Positions 19,704 to 29,367 of a DNA stretch of 34,862 bases are shown here, piece by piece (position 1 is the stretch's first letter; every line of letters begins with the position of its first letter). A model generated the notes under the pieces. The model was not told the origin of the DNA. It did not search any database and worked only from the letters and a program-made list of their open reading frames with translations. Location: assembly GCA_963693365.1 (NCBI GenBank), contig CAVNZM010000042.1:1-34862 (forward strand), given 5' to 3'. A program made the translations under genes and the position numbers. This DNA is from Amoebidium appalachense (taxonomy: Eukaryota > Protista > Ichthyosporea).

Positions 19704-21185
19704 TTATGCGACATTTGCTTCTACCACAGAAAATGTAAGTGTCAGGTCACCAAAGACCCCGTTTACCACGTTTCTGTGCCGTGCAACGTCCTGCCCCGTT
19801 CGCATCAGCCGGTCTCGGAGGCAGGCTGTCCACACGTCCTCGCCACGAGGGACATGCTCAACCACCAGTATCACGGCCCCAGTGCGGAAAACAACGCTTT
19901 CGCATATGCTCACAGGAGGCTCGGGGAAGTACGAGTTGACGCACATCGAGGCCACCGTCATGTTGCGCACACGAGAAAGGTCGTTGTCGCTGCACTCCAA
20001 GTATCCCACTGCTGTTCCCCGCGCGTCCACTACTACCCCTTGTCCCTGGTCAACACTCCCATCCACGTGCAGGTACTCGATGCTGCGCGCACGGATTCCG
20101 ATGTATCCGGAGAACCCGTTCAGCCTCACGGTTCCTAGGTGTCCCGGATGCACCAGGTCCAGGTTCATGTCAAACACGCTGTCCACGCGAAGGCGCCGCA
20201 AGCCAGCAGGCAGCGGAACGCACGCCACCGTAGGACCCAACAGCTTCACGCACAGTGCCTGGATGTCCGGCGGGAGTCTTTCCAGCTGCGCATTGTCCAT
20301 CTGGCAGGTAAGCGTGCGCACTCCGCTGGGCAGCGCCTTCATGCGGCCTCGTGGTGCATAGGCGTCTACCACGGTGGGGGGCGGCTCGATGTGGAGGTCC
20401 CAGCCGCACAGGCGTAGCGCCCGCAGCACACGGAGATGCCCTAGAGGAACATGGTGACTACGCATGCTCGCAAAATCGATGTCTAGCCGCTCCAACCGCG
20501 ACAGGTCGCCCCGGTAGAGCCCCTGTAGAATCTTTTCGTCATGTTCAGCGTTCCGCGCCTCGGTGTAGCTGGAGTTGTACGTGCTTATATGGAGCTCGCG
20601 GACCCCTAGTTCGGCCGCTGTGGCCCATGCATGGTAGAACCAGTTCGCAGCGGGTACCTTGTAGCAGGCAATAGCGAACGACCTTATTCCCCAGGCATAG
20701 GCCTGCTGGATGCAGCGGTAGTTGTCCTTGGTCAGGAGGATGCCCTCCGGCACCGCTTTCAGGGGTTTACGGTGGCGTGCGACGTGTGTTGCTGCCGCAA
20801 ACCAGAGTCTGTTTGTCGTTGCAATCCTTGCAAGGTCGCGCGCTGGCAACCATTCAAAGACATGCTCGAGCAGGTCTCGGCATGCAAATACACGAGGACA
20901 AGGGGGTCGGTTAGTCTTCGGCCCCCGCCTTGGACCGGTCTTTCTTTTTTCCGCGTTTCGTTTTGCTCTGTGTTTTTTTGCTGCGCTTGGCCCTGGGCTT
21001 GGGTTGGGGCTTGGTTCGCTGGCGCTTGCCCCTGCCTGGCGCTCGCTTGGGTGCATCTTTCTTCCGCCTCTTGCGCTTGGCCTTGCGGGATTTCTTGGTG
21101 TCCGTGTTGCTGTTGCTGTCGCTTTCACTGTCGCTGTCGCTTCCACTGCTGCTGCTGACACCACTGCTTCTGCTGGCGCTGCCAT
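19704..21185 (-). CDS. F-box protein with LRR-like C-terminus (start uncertain)
   Basis: CRDLLEHVFEWLPARDLARIATTNRLWFAAA F-box, then LERLDI, LRALRL, LPSGVRTL and LPAGLRRLRV repeats. Confidence 0.78.
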   Translation of the reverse strand: MAAPAEAVVSAAAVEATATVKATATATRTPRNPARPSARGGRKMHPSERQAGASASEPSPNPSPGPSAAKKHRAKRNAEKRKTGPRRGPKTNRPPCPRVFACRDLLEHVFEWLPARDLARIATTNRLWFAAATHVARHRKPLKAVPEGILLTKDNYRCIQQAYAWGIRSFAIACYKVPAANWFYHAWATAAELGVRELHISTYNSSYTEARNAEHDEKILQGLYRGDLSRLERLDIDFASMRSHHVPLGHLRVLRALRLCGWDLHIEPPPTVVDAYAPRGRMKALPSGVRTLTCQMDNAQLERLPPDIQALCVKLLGPTVACVPLPAGLRRLRVDSVFDMNLDLVHPGHLGTVRLNGFSGYIGIRARSIEYLHVDGSVDQGQGVVVDARGTAVGYLECSDNDLSRVRNMTVASMCVNSYFPEPPVSICESVVFRTGAVILVVEHVPRGEDVWTACLRDRLMRTGQDVARHRNVVNGVFGDLTLTFSVVEANVA

Positions 21186-21543
21186 CTGGATCTGATTCAC
21201 TGTCCGACGACAGCTCCTTATATACCTCACGGGCCTTGGTCACGTAGCGCCTGCGTAGAATTGGATTGATGTCCGATGGGTGCATCACCACCACCCCATC
21301 CAGACCAAGGTTGTCTATTGCATACTGCCGAGCGGCAATGTCGTCTAGAGGGTCCACGTCAGAGGCGCCCACCCTATTGTTTACGTTGACAAACGTCTGC
21401 GGATCCCTTATGGCGCCATTGAAGAACGGCTGTCCGAGTTCCGTGCTGTTGTTGCTGCCCTCCACCTCCTCCAGCAACACCTTTTTCGGGGTCTTGCTGC
21501 CTTCTTCGAGAAGGGTATACTGTTTACGAGGACCCATATACAT
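20911..21543 (-). CDS. Hypothetical protein with Ser/Asp-rich and Lys/Arg-rich tail (210 aa)
   Basis: ATG is 5 bp after the upstream gene's stop. A globular-looking N-terminus is followed by an SD-rich block and a basic tail. Overlaps the F-box frame. Confidence 0.65.
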   Translation of the reverse strand: MYMGPRKQYTLLEEGSKTPKKVLLEEVEGSNNSTELGQPFFNGAIRDPQTFVNVNNRVGASDVDPLDDIAARQYAIDNLGLDGVVVMHPSDINPILRRRYVTKAREVYKELSSDSESDPDGSASRSSGVSSSSGSDSDSESDSNSNTDTKKSRKAKRKRRKKDAPKRAPGRGKRQRTKPQPKPRAKRSKKTQSKTKRGKKKDRSKAGAED

Positions 21544-21547
21544 GAGC

Positions 21548-21829
21548 CTACAAATTCACAACCGAGGGAGGTGGCGCTACGCTGGTAGGTGGTGTGCGTA
21601 ACAGGTAGAGGTAGGCAATGACAAGCAGCGCCAACAACAGACTTGCAATGGCGCCCATGGCAACACGGCGCCACCAGCACGCGTCGCGCTCGTACTGTTG
21701 GTGCGCATGGACGTGCGAGCCCGTGCACACCAGCGCGGGCGTGTCCTCCATTATGGTGACCCTGAACTCGGTGCCCACAGGCTTGTCAACTAGCATGTCG
21801 CCCCGTACAACAATGTCTTGTGGCTTCAT
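21548..21829 (-). CDS. Small membrane protein (93 aa)
   Basis: TM segment VAMGAIASLLLALLVIAYLYLL; tiles between neighbours. Confidence 0.7.
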   Translation of the reverse strand: MKPQDIVVRGDMLVDKPVGTEFRVTIMEDTPALVCTGSHVHAHQQYERDACWWRRVAMGAIASLLLALLVIAYLYLLRTPPTSVAPPPSVVNL

Positions 21830-21863
21830 CTGATAATGAACGGAACTTTAATATTTAAGCTCA

Positions 21864-22532
21864 CTATGTGGATCCAGCCGGCGCTTGCGCTGCGCTCACG
21901 TACACATTGTACGTGTCAGTCCCTGTGATGAGCACGCTGACAGTCACGATGTTGTTGGCTGGGACCGTGCCGTACGTCTTGGAAGCGTCCTTGATTGTGG
22001 CCACAGCGCTGCCCTTGTTCAGCACGGTGAATGTGTGCAGGCTACCGACAAACCCGAGGTTGGAAACTGTGGTGCCACTGACGCCCACCTTGGTAAACTG
22101 CAGGGTAGCATCGCCGGCTTCCACAGTCACAAACCCGTTGCGGATGGAATCCACTGTGATTGCATTGCTCGCGGCCTTCACGGGCGTCTTGCCGTTGTGC
22201 TGCACGACGTTGCCCACCTCGTCCACGCTCAACACGGTGCGGCCATCCACGGTCTTGAGGTTGAGCAGCGCAGCATCGGTGAAGTACTCGAGCCCGGTTC
22301 CATTGGCCACAGCCTTGCGGTTCAGCTTCAGGGTGCCGTTGTCGACGGATGCAACCGTGAAGGTCTCGCCTCCCACCTGAACACCTTGTCCTGGGCGCAA
22401 GTACTTGACTTCGGGTGCGGACAGCGTGTCATCTGTGAGTGTTGCCGCGCTAGCCCCCTTGATGCCCCCGGCGGCGTGCGTCTCAAAGACGGCACTTCTC
22501 AAGGTGTCGATGTTCGAGTTGACCAAAGCCAT
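21864..22532 (-). CDS. Beta-rich putative virion structural/fibre-like protein (222 aa)
   Basis: T/V/G/A/N/S-rich with no Cys or Trp, strong codon bias, and a T-rich upstream tract. Function is inferred from composition only. Confidence 0.7.
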   Translation of the reverse strand: MALVNSNIDTLRSAVFETHAAGGIKGASAATLTDDTLSAPEVKYLRPGQGVQVGGETFTVASVDNGTLKLNRKAVANGTGLEYFTDAALLNLKTVDGRTVLSVDEVGNVVQHNGKTPVKAASNAITVDSIRNGFVTVEAGDATLQFTKVGVSGTTVSNLGFVGSLHTFTVLNKGSAVATIKDASKTYGTVPANNIVTVSVLITGTDTYNVYVSAAQAPAGST

Positions 22533-22599
22533 GTTGACTATAAGCGAACAAAATAAAAAAATTGCACCGCCACGCAGACATTTTCACCGCACTAGCCTA

Positions 22600-22842
22600 A
22601 TGGACACCCAGTTCCTCCTCGCCCTACTCATTGGCCTTGTCTTGGGATACTGGATCGCAACAAAATGCGCTCCTCAGCCACCACCCCCACCGCCACCCCC
22701 CGTCCGCGTGGTTCCCAAAAAACAACCAACCAAACCCCAGAGACAGCCTACACAAACCGACAACAGCGGGTACGAAAGGCATCCAGAGCCTCTCGCTGCG
22801 CACACGGACACGGGTGACAACTGGGAGGGCATGAATCTGTGA
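22600..22842 (+). CDS. Small N-terminally anchored membrane protein (80 aa)
   Basis: MDTQFLLALLIGLVLGYWIA followed by a Pro-rich stalk. ATG at 22600 avoids overlap with the divergent gene. Confidence 0.68.
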   Translation: MDTQFLLALLIGLVLGYWIATKCAPQPPPPPPPPVRVVPKKQPTKPQRQPTQTDNSGYERHPEPLAAHTDTGDNWEGMNL

Positions 22843-22852
22843 TGTCTGTGTT

Positions 22853-23227
22853 CTATTTCCCAAGGTAGCGTCCCCGGTCAACTTCCACAAACCCCTCCAA
22901 GTTGACCCTCGAGATCTTGGGCACAGGCGCTCCTTCCACTGTTGGCTCCAGGGCGGGGGTCTCGGTGGGGTCCGGGTCCTCGGTTTTTGCGGGTTCCTGT
23001 GGCGGCGCAGGTGCAGGCCTCTCTGGGTCAGCCGTCTTCACCGCATCTCTCACAACAAACGGTCTGTCGGGATCAGGTGGTGGGGAGTCAACCCGCAGCA
23101 GCGGCCTGTGCAGTGGCCGCCACTCGGGCCGTCTGTAGGGGGCTGGGCGCACGTCCCGCCTCTTATTCCCCGTGAGCACCTTACCTACAGCATAAAGGGC
23201 GATTGCTCCCAGGACCATCTCAGCCAT
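22853..23227 (-). CDS. N-terminally hydrophobic, Pro-rich protein (124 aa)
   Basis: MAEMVLGAIALYAVGKVL N-terminus; tiles with neighbours. Confidence 0.65.
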   Translation of the reverse strand: MAEMVLGAIALYAVGKVLTGNKRRDVRPAPYRRPEWRPLHRPLLRVDSPPPDPDRPFVVRDAVKTADPERPAPAPPQEPAKTEDPDPTETPALEPTVEGAPVPKISRVNLEGFVEVDRGRYLGK

Positions 23228-23246
23228 GCTGTGCTAGGAGATAATA

Positions 23247-23525
23247 TCAAACGAGCGCACCAGTCTGTATGTCGGCCTTCAGTGCCCGCAGCTCAAGCAA
23301 CAAATCGGCTATCACATCAATCTGCTGCAGCTGCTGTTGTGCCTGGTGCACATCTGCTGCCGTTTCCAGCCGAGCCCTGTTTGCCGCATAGGCACATAAA
23401 GTGTTCTGCGCCCGCAATACCGCATCATTGTACCTGTCCAAGAGTTCCGTACTGAGGCTAACGAAGTTCTGGTTGCACACGGCACAAATGTTTGACATGT
23501 GCAGTGGGGGGAGAAAATCAGGCAT
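23247..23525 (-). CDS. Small helical hypothetical protein (92 aa or shorter)
   Basis: Non-repetitive 3' part of the 23247-23867 ORF, from MPDFLPP; CxxC followed by coiled-coil-like sequence. Confidence 0.5.
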   Translation of the reverse strand: MPDFLPPLHMSNICAVCNQNFVSLSTELLDRYNDAVLRAQNTLCAYAANRARLETAADVHQAQQQLQQIDVIADLLLELRALKADIQTGALV

Positions 23526-23555
23526 GTCTGTTTGGATTTTTGCTTGAGGCACAAG

Positions 23556-23604
23556 GTGTGTGTGCGTGTGGGTGTGTGGGTGCGTGTGTGGTGTGTGTGT
23601 GGGT

Positions 23605-23639
<35 letters not shown>

Positions 23640-23753
23640 CGTGTGTGGGTGGGTGCGTGTGTGGTGTGTGTGTGTGTGTGTGGGTGGGTGCGTGTGTGGG
23701 TGGGTGCGTGTGTGTGTGTGTGTGTGTGTGGGTGTGTGGGTGCGTGTGTGGGT

Positions 23754-23800
<47 letters not shown>

Positions 23801-23801
23801 C
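23556..23801. repeat. Imperfect (GT)n microsatellite plus G-run
   Basis: Directly visible. Confidence 0.95.
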
Positions 23802-24094
23802 TGAACGTCCTTTTGGTTCACAACGACATGAACGTTTATTTTTGAGAGTTGACACAACCAACCACAATATGCATATTCCATGGTTTATTCAAAACGAAAG
23901 ATGTTGGTTCACATTGACGGTATACATATTCGATGGATTATCAAACATACAACTGCATCTGCTAGAAATATGTCACACTTCGTTGTTGTCTTCTCAAGAT
24001 ACGCACAGTTTGTTGCTAAACAAGTTTGCAAATCGGTAGAACCCATACAGACATGCTAGCCATGCACACTAAAACATTCCATGTCAACACCGTC

Positions 24095-25462
24095 TCATGG
24101 TAGGGGCAGAATAAACCTTCTACAATCTACGGGTTTCCCATCCACAAGAACGGTGCCTACATTCTTGCACCAGATCTCCGTTTCCCGATAGTCTCTCCCA
24201 AACGCCCGGAAATTTACGATTGGAATGTTGACGAGTTTGACAAACTCGAGTTGTGGCAGGAGGGGGAGCCCAAGCCCGGGGGAGTCGTCTGGGTCTTCCT
24301 TGTTGATGAATGTCAGGCGCCTGATACTTTTTTTCAGTTTCAGGACCTCGGCGATGTTGTTTTCCGTGAAGGGGACCACCACGGTCTGCAAGCTCGCCGG
24401 TCCAGATTTCTCCATCGTCCAGTTGAACCTCTCTAGTGCACAACTGAATTCCCGCACACCGACAAGTACGAGCTCCCCCTCGTTTTCGTACCTGAATGTT
24501 CTCTCAGGTGCCTCCATAGTGTCCATGTAGTGCTCGATGGTAACCGTGTCGCACTGCTCGGCCCTGCCCCTACACTGACGACACCCAAAGGCTACCCTGC
24601 GTACCCCCCGTAGCACGTCAAACTCCAAGTGCCCATACCCAACCACGCGAACGTCCCGCAGATTCGCACAGGTCGCTAGTCCGACAATCTTGTGCACCGC
24701 GACGCTGTCCTCCCCAAAGCCGACTTGCACCAGGTCGCGGGCCGGCACAAAGGGCCCTGGCAGCCAACTGGCCGCACAAATGCCAGCAAACGTCACGTGA
24801 AGAACTTCAATGTTGGAAGGGACCTTGAGGGTCACGCAGTGTAGATCGTTGGGGGAAAAGGGCCTCCTACGTGTCAGCTTGACGCGCAGTTCGCGCAGGT
24901 GTGTAAACACAGAGAAGTCGAATGTCGGGCAGTACTTGAATGTGGATAACTCCCCGTCGAAATGTGTGAGTGCTTTTGGGAACAAGCACATCATGTCATC
25001 CGACAGCCCTATGGTTGTTCCACGGTTGTTTGGCGCGCTCACTGTTTTAACACGCGTGGCGCACGGGAAAACACTGAGAACCTCGGAATCAATACAGGTG
25101 TCTGCGCACTCATACTGCACCAGCGTCAGATCCGTCACGGCTGGAAACCGGAGCCCCGAAGACAGCAGCCAGATGTGCAGTGCGGGTATGCGAAGCGCCG
25201 TTGCACACACCTCTCTGGCAAAGCGCGCCGCTGCTCTGCCGTGGCGCAGTTGCACGGATCGTTCCTGATGTGGTTTGCCACACAGACTAACTGCGAAGAC
25301 GGAATCGGGCCTTCCCAACGAGGCCCTGAACAGGGAGCGGAAATGCCTGCATGTCAGGGACGCGGCTAGCAGGCTCTTGCTGTCCATGAACCGCGCCACT
25401 TGCACCAAAATGTCGTCGTGAAGATAGAGCGGCTGAACGTGTTTGGTTGATGTGGCGCCCAT
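24095..25462 (-). CDS. F-box protein with LRR-like region, possibly N-myristoylated
   Basis: LHDDILVQVARFMDSKSLLAASLTCRHFRSL F-box; FPAVTDLTL, FTHLRELRV, CANLRDVRV and LPQLEFVKL repeats; MGATST start. Confidence 0.82.
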   Translation of the reverse strand: MGATSTKHVQPLYLHDDILVQVARFMDSKSLLAASLTCRHFRSLFRASLGRPDSVFAVSLCGKPHQERSVQLRHGRAAARFAREVCATALRIPALHIWLLSSGLRFPAVTDLTLVQYECADTCIDSEVLSVFPCATRVKTVSAPNNRGTTIGLSDDMMCLFPKALTHFDGELSTFKYCPTFDFSVFTHLRELRVKLTRRRPFSPNDLHCVTLKVPSNIEVLHVTFAGICAASWLPGPFVPARDLVQVGFGEDSVAVHKIVGLATCANLRDVRVVGYGHLEFDVLRGVRRVAFGCRQCRGRAEQCDTVTIEHYMDTMEAPERTFRYENEGELVLVGVREFSCALERFNWTMEKSGPASLQTVVVPFTENNIAEVLKLKKSIRRLTFINKEDPDDSPGLGLPLLPQLEFVKLVNIPIVNFRAFGRDYRETEIWCKNVGTVLVDGKPVDCRRFILPLP

Positions 25463-26218
25463 GGTGCTGTATGAATTCTGACAAGGCAGCAGTGGTGCAG
25501 CGCCTCTATGAGTGACCCAAAAGCGCCCAGGGTGTGAAATATCGGCATGGTCATCCGTGTCAATTTGGACTCGCGAAAAGCGCTAGGAGTCGAGCAAATG
25601 TACTCCCAAATAAACTTTAGACCTATTGTGTGATGGATGAAACACCCAAATGTCTATAATTCAGAGACTTTCTCTCAAGAGATCGGAACAGTAAGCGGAC
25701 AAGAGTACATATGTGCACGAGTTGACACCCTGACACAATTAAAATGTGCAATCTGACTCCCACACTTTTGCTTTGGCCAATAAAACGTTCAGAGCATCCA
25801 CACCCAATCGAATCGCTTATATTGTTGCATACTTGCTAACCAAAGCTATCCAATCACAATACACCAATCAAATCGAACACCTGCACAAGGTGACTACCAA
25901 TCGAATCGGACTTGTCATGATCATAAATCTATATGTCCCAGAATGGCGCCGATCTCTTGTACATCAATATTACGATAATCATAGTAACATTTGATTGTCA
26001 AAGAAACATATCTATTGTTGTGCCTGTACAGGGCATGTGGCGAAAAACCAAGACATCATCTTAGACCCAAAGCCAACCAAAGCAAATTTAAATAAACATA
26101 CATGTGACATCCCTGAGCATACACCGCGATCCCCCCCCCCCCCCCCCCCGATGATCAGGCTAATATCTCATACATCTTGGTGAGCTAGCGGTGTATCATA
26201 CACTAGGCAGCCACACCG

Positions 26219-26313
<95 letters not shown>
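26219..26313. repeat. Poly-C homopolymer (about 95 nt)
   Basis: Directly visible; the length may be a sequencing artefact. Confidence 0.9.
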
Positions 26314-26315
<2 letters not shown>

Positions 26316-26368
26316 AGCGACACTTGTATATGTTAACTGGGCACCCCCCCCCCCCCCCAATGGGGCAG

Positions 26369-27295
26369 TCAACCATCCTGCATCTGCGCTGCGTAGCTCT
26401 CGAACACGCTCTGCGTGTACGCTTCGCGCTCCCCCCCGTACTTGCCCAGCACCTTCCAGCTCCCCCGCGTGTGTGCGGCAATGTCCAGACCCGCTGCCCA
26501 TGCCATGGCCTCGCGCGCGCTCACCCCCAGGTCGAACACACGCGCGCAGTCCCAGGGATGCCGCAGCCGCACCTTGAAGCACAGCACTACACGGCCCTCC
26601 ACGACGTGCCCGCTCGCTGCGTGCCACGCCTCGCTTGCTGCGCCCGGAACCACGAACACGTCAGCGTCCTCGCCCGCGTGGTGCAGCAGCACCGGCGCGC
26701 CCAGGAGGCCCTCCACGGTCCGCCGGAACTGCGCGCCCGTGGCCCACATGGGCACGGCCGCCCGCAGTTCCTCGACCCCGTCCGTAAACACGTACAGCCG
26801 GGCTGCCGTCGGCCACGTCGCCATCTCGTCCCTTAGCTCTTGGGAAAGTTGCTCCAGGTCCGGCCCCAGCGACCACAGCACGCTGTTGCTTGTAGCTGCG
26901 AGCTCAATCCGGTTCCACGCCTCCACCACGGCCTCCATGCCCGCTGCGCGCTCATGCCCCGAGTAGCTGCCTTGGTCCCGCACGGTCTCGCCAAGACGTG
27001 CCACAGCCGCCTGCAGCGCCTGGATGCAGTCGACCGCGACAAGGCACTCGTAGTGCCTCAGCGCGCACACATGCATGGCGTGCCGGCATGCCGTGTCGCC
27101 CATCAGAGCCCGGCCGGCCTCGCACACCTCGCTCACAAGCCACCGCAGGTGCCGAGGCGCCCGCCCGTCGTCCAGTCGCTTCTGCAGCGCATTGGTGCCG
27201 GCTGTCGCCGCCGCTGTCCCCTCGTGCGCAGGCCACTGCTCCACCCCCCTACTAAACAGCACAAACACGTCGAGAATAAACCGCACACACTCCAT
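26369..27295 (-). CDS. Hypothetical protein (about 308 aa)
   Basis: Long ORF with GC3 bias; ATG at 27295, divergent from the PAN gene. Confidence 0.65.
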   Translation of the reverse strand: MECVRFILDVFVLFSRGVEQWPAHEGTAAATAGTNALQKRLDDGRAPRHLRWLVSEVCEAGRALMGDTACRHAMHVCALRHYECLVAVDCIQALQAAVARLGETVRDQGSYSGHERAAGMEAVVEAWNRIELAATSNSVLWSLGPDLEQLSQELRDEMATWPTAARLYVFTDGVEELRAAVPMWATGAQFRRTVEGLLGAPVLLHHAGEDADVFVVPGAASEAWHAASGHVVEGRVVLCFKVRLRHPWDCARVFDLGVSAREAMAWAAGLDIAAHTRGSWKVLGKYGGEREAYTQSVFESYAAQMQDG

Positions 27296-27321
27296 GTCGC
27301 TCTTTAATCTACACACCACCA

Positions 27322-28068
27322 ATGGACCTGAGCCACCCGTCGGCGCGCACCCTTATATACCTGCTGCTCGGCCTGCTGATCCTCGCCATCCTCGCGGGGG
27401 CGGTCAGGGCTTCAAGGGGGAAGACAAAAACAGACGAGTCGGCAGGCAGCAAGAAAACTGAAACTGACCAGTCGGCTGGCAGCAAGAAAACTGAAACTGA
27501 CGAGTCGGCAGGCAGCAAGAAAACTGAAGCTGAGGCGGCCGGCAGCAAGAAGCCGCCCGAGTCACCGCCAGCCACCGACACGACCTGGGACGTGTTTGAG
27601 GGCGTCGAGCACGTCGGCGACGACATCAAGCATGTGAAGGACATCACGTTGGACGCGCTCAAGTCGATGTGCGAAGCCGATTCCGCATGCATAGGAATCA
27701 ACTACTCGACAAAGTACGGCTGGGGAAATCCTGGTGGTGGGTGGATGAAGCGCAAGGCCGGCATAAACAGCCGAACCTTCTACGGCGCCTCGCATATGAT
27801 TCGCGAAAGGGTGCCCGCCGATACATGGGACGAGTATGAGGGTGCCGAGCACACAGGCGACGACATCAAGTTTGTGAAGGACACGACTATGGATGCCATC
27901 AAGACCATGTGTCTGGCCGAGCCCACCTGTGTCGGCGTCAACTACTCGACGAAGAATGGTTGGGGCAACCCCGGGGGGGGGCAATTGAAGCGCATGGCCA
28001 ACATAAACAACAAGAACTTCAACGGCTCCTTCCACGTGCTGCGTGCCAGGGTTAAGCCGCCAATGTGA
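27322..28068 (+). CDS. Membrane-anchored protein with two PAN/apple-like domains
   Basis: N-terminal TM; about 4 KKTETDESAGS-like repeats (27421-27546); two ~80-aa units G.EH.GDDIK...MC.A...C.G.NY...GG..KR. Confidence 0.8.
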   Translation: MDLSHPSARTLIYLLLGLLILAILAGAVRASRGKTKTDESAGSKKTETDQSAGSKKTETDESAGSKKTEAEAAGSKKPPESPPATDTTWDVFEGVEHVGDDIKHVKDITLDALKSMCEADSACIGINYSTKYGWGNPGGGWMKRKAGINSRTFYGASHMIRERVPADTWDEYEGAEHTGDDIKFVKDTTMDAIKTMCLAEPTCVGVNYSTKNGWGNPGGGQLKRMANINNKNFNGSFHVLRARVKPPM

Positions 28069-28146
28069 GAGGAGATCCGGAACGCGCGACATGCAGGCGA
28101 CGACATTTTGTGTTGGGCATGAACAAATAAAACTTGCGCACCTATC

Positions 28147-28539
28147 ATGCCCGTCCCCGCCCTTCCCGTGCTGCTCGCCTGCGCCCTGCTGACCACCGGG
28201 AGCCTCGCATACGCCCTCTACGTGCACCTGCATCCCCCCCAGCCCCCCCGCACCATCATCAACGACATCCACGAGTCTTGTCTCACTCCCGACACCAAGC
28301 GCCGCCACCTCGAGGAGGCCCGCAGGTGGCTGCACCTGTACGAGGCCGCACGCACGCAGGAGGAGCACGACGCCGTCCGCGAGGTCATCCGCCACGCCCT
28401 GCTCGCCCGGGATGTCGACCACCAGAGGCGCGCAATGCTTGAGCGGGAGGAGGAGCAGAACAAGGTGTATGCCGAGAACGAACGCCGGGCGATCTACCGA
28501 CAAGCAAAGCTGGATAAGCTGCTTGGCCGCAACCCCTGA
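28147..28539 (+). CDS. N-terminally anchored membrane protein (130 aa)
   Basis: Hydrophobic LPVLLACALLTTGSLAYALYV followed by a charged helical tail. Confidence 0.68.
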   Translation: MPVPALPVLLACALLTTGSLAYALYVHLHPPQPPRTIINDIHESCLTPDTKRRHLEEARRWLHLYEAARTQEEHDAVREVIRHALLARDVDHQRRAMLEREEEQNKVYAENERRAIYRQAKLDKLLGRNP

Positions 28540-28761
28540 TCCGCATTTTGTGCCCTACCAACAATGTCCAACACAAGCACGAACACCAGGCGCCGACGCT
28601 CCCACCGCTCTTCCAGGCGCCGCAGGACCCTGACCCCCTATGCGCGCGGGGGCGTTCTCCAGTTCGCCGGCTTCGACTGCAAGGCCGATGCGTGGCCGTG
28701 TGTGCCCCTGCTAACGGCTTACGTCCCTGTGTAGTGTACTATTTTATTTTCCCGTCACCCA

Positions 28762-29295
28762 ATGGCCAAACGCACGTCCCCGGGCAAAGCCAAAACCAAG
28801 CCCGCCCAGAAGATGAAGCCTCGGAGGCGTCCCGCCTCGAAGCCAAAGGCGGCACCGCCCACCGCCACCGGCCGCTCGCGCAGCGCCTCGCGCTCCCGGG
28901 CACCACGCCGCACCCGCAGCCGTTCGGGGAGTCTGGTCGGACGGAAGCCCGGTGCCGATTGGCTGCAGCAGGGGACGCACCCGTCCACAGTCCCCGTCTT
29001 GTCCGCTTATACGCCGCCGGGTCCTGTGCCCGTCTTGTCCCGTTCCACGCCGCCGGGTCCTGTGTCCGTCTTGTCCTTCACGCCGCCGGGTCCTGTGCCA
29101 ACGCCCGTTTCATCCGCACTTTCCACAAAACCTTCTTCGTCCGCACATTCCACAACCGTGTTGCCGGCGTCAGCGCCTGGACTGGGTTCTTCCTTGCCCG
29201 CACCTTCTTCGATGGGTGAATTGAGGTCTTCATCTTCAATGTCAGAACTGGATTCTTTATTGCAAGCGGTTGTTTTTTTGTCCCTCGCAAAGTAG
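28762..29295 (+). CDS. Basic K/R/S/P-rich protein (177 aa)
   Basis: H1-like and RS-rich N-terminus, 3 PVLS..TPPGPV repeats, and TATTTTATTTT upstream. A competing antisense ORF exists. Confidence 0.55.
   Translation: MAKRTSPGKAKTKPAQKMKPRRRPASKPKAAPPTATGRSRSASRSRAPRRTRSRSGSLVGRKPGADWLQQGTHPSTVPVLSAYTPPGPVPVLSRSTPPGPVSVLSFTPPGPVPTPVSSALSTKPSSSAHSTTVLPASAPGLGSSLPAPSSMGELRSSSSMSELDSLLQAVVFLSLAK
28993..29097. repeat. 36/36/33-bp tandem repeat x3
   Basis: CCGTCTTGTCC...ACGCCGCCGGGTCCTGTG repeated; unit lengths are multiples of 3. Confidence 0.88.
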
Positions 29296-29367
29296 CACCC
29301 ACGCAAATGCATCAACGGAAAACCAGCCCGTGTAGCATTCACCGGCAACAAATTCGCCGGATGTAAC

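Noticed and set aside
20940-20952. A_AAA_AAG -1 frameshift fusing the 210-aa ORF to the F-box ORF
   Set aside because: The F-box frame is +1 relative to the upstream ORF, so a -1 slip does not reach it.
23312-24039. THTH/VCVC-rich ORFs
   Set aside because: Translations of the (GT)n microsatellite.
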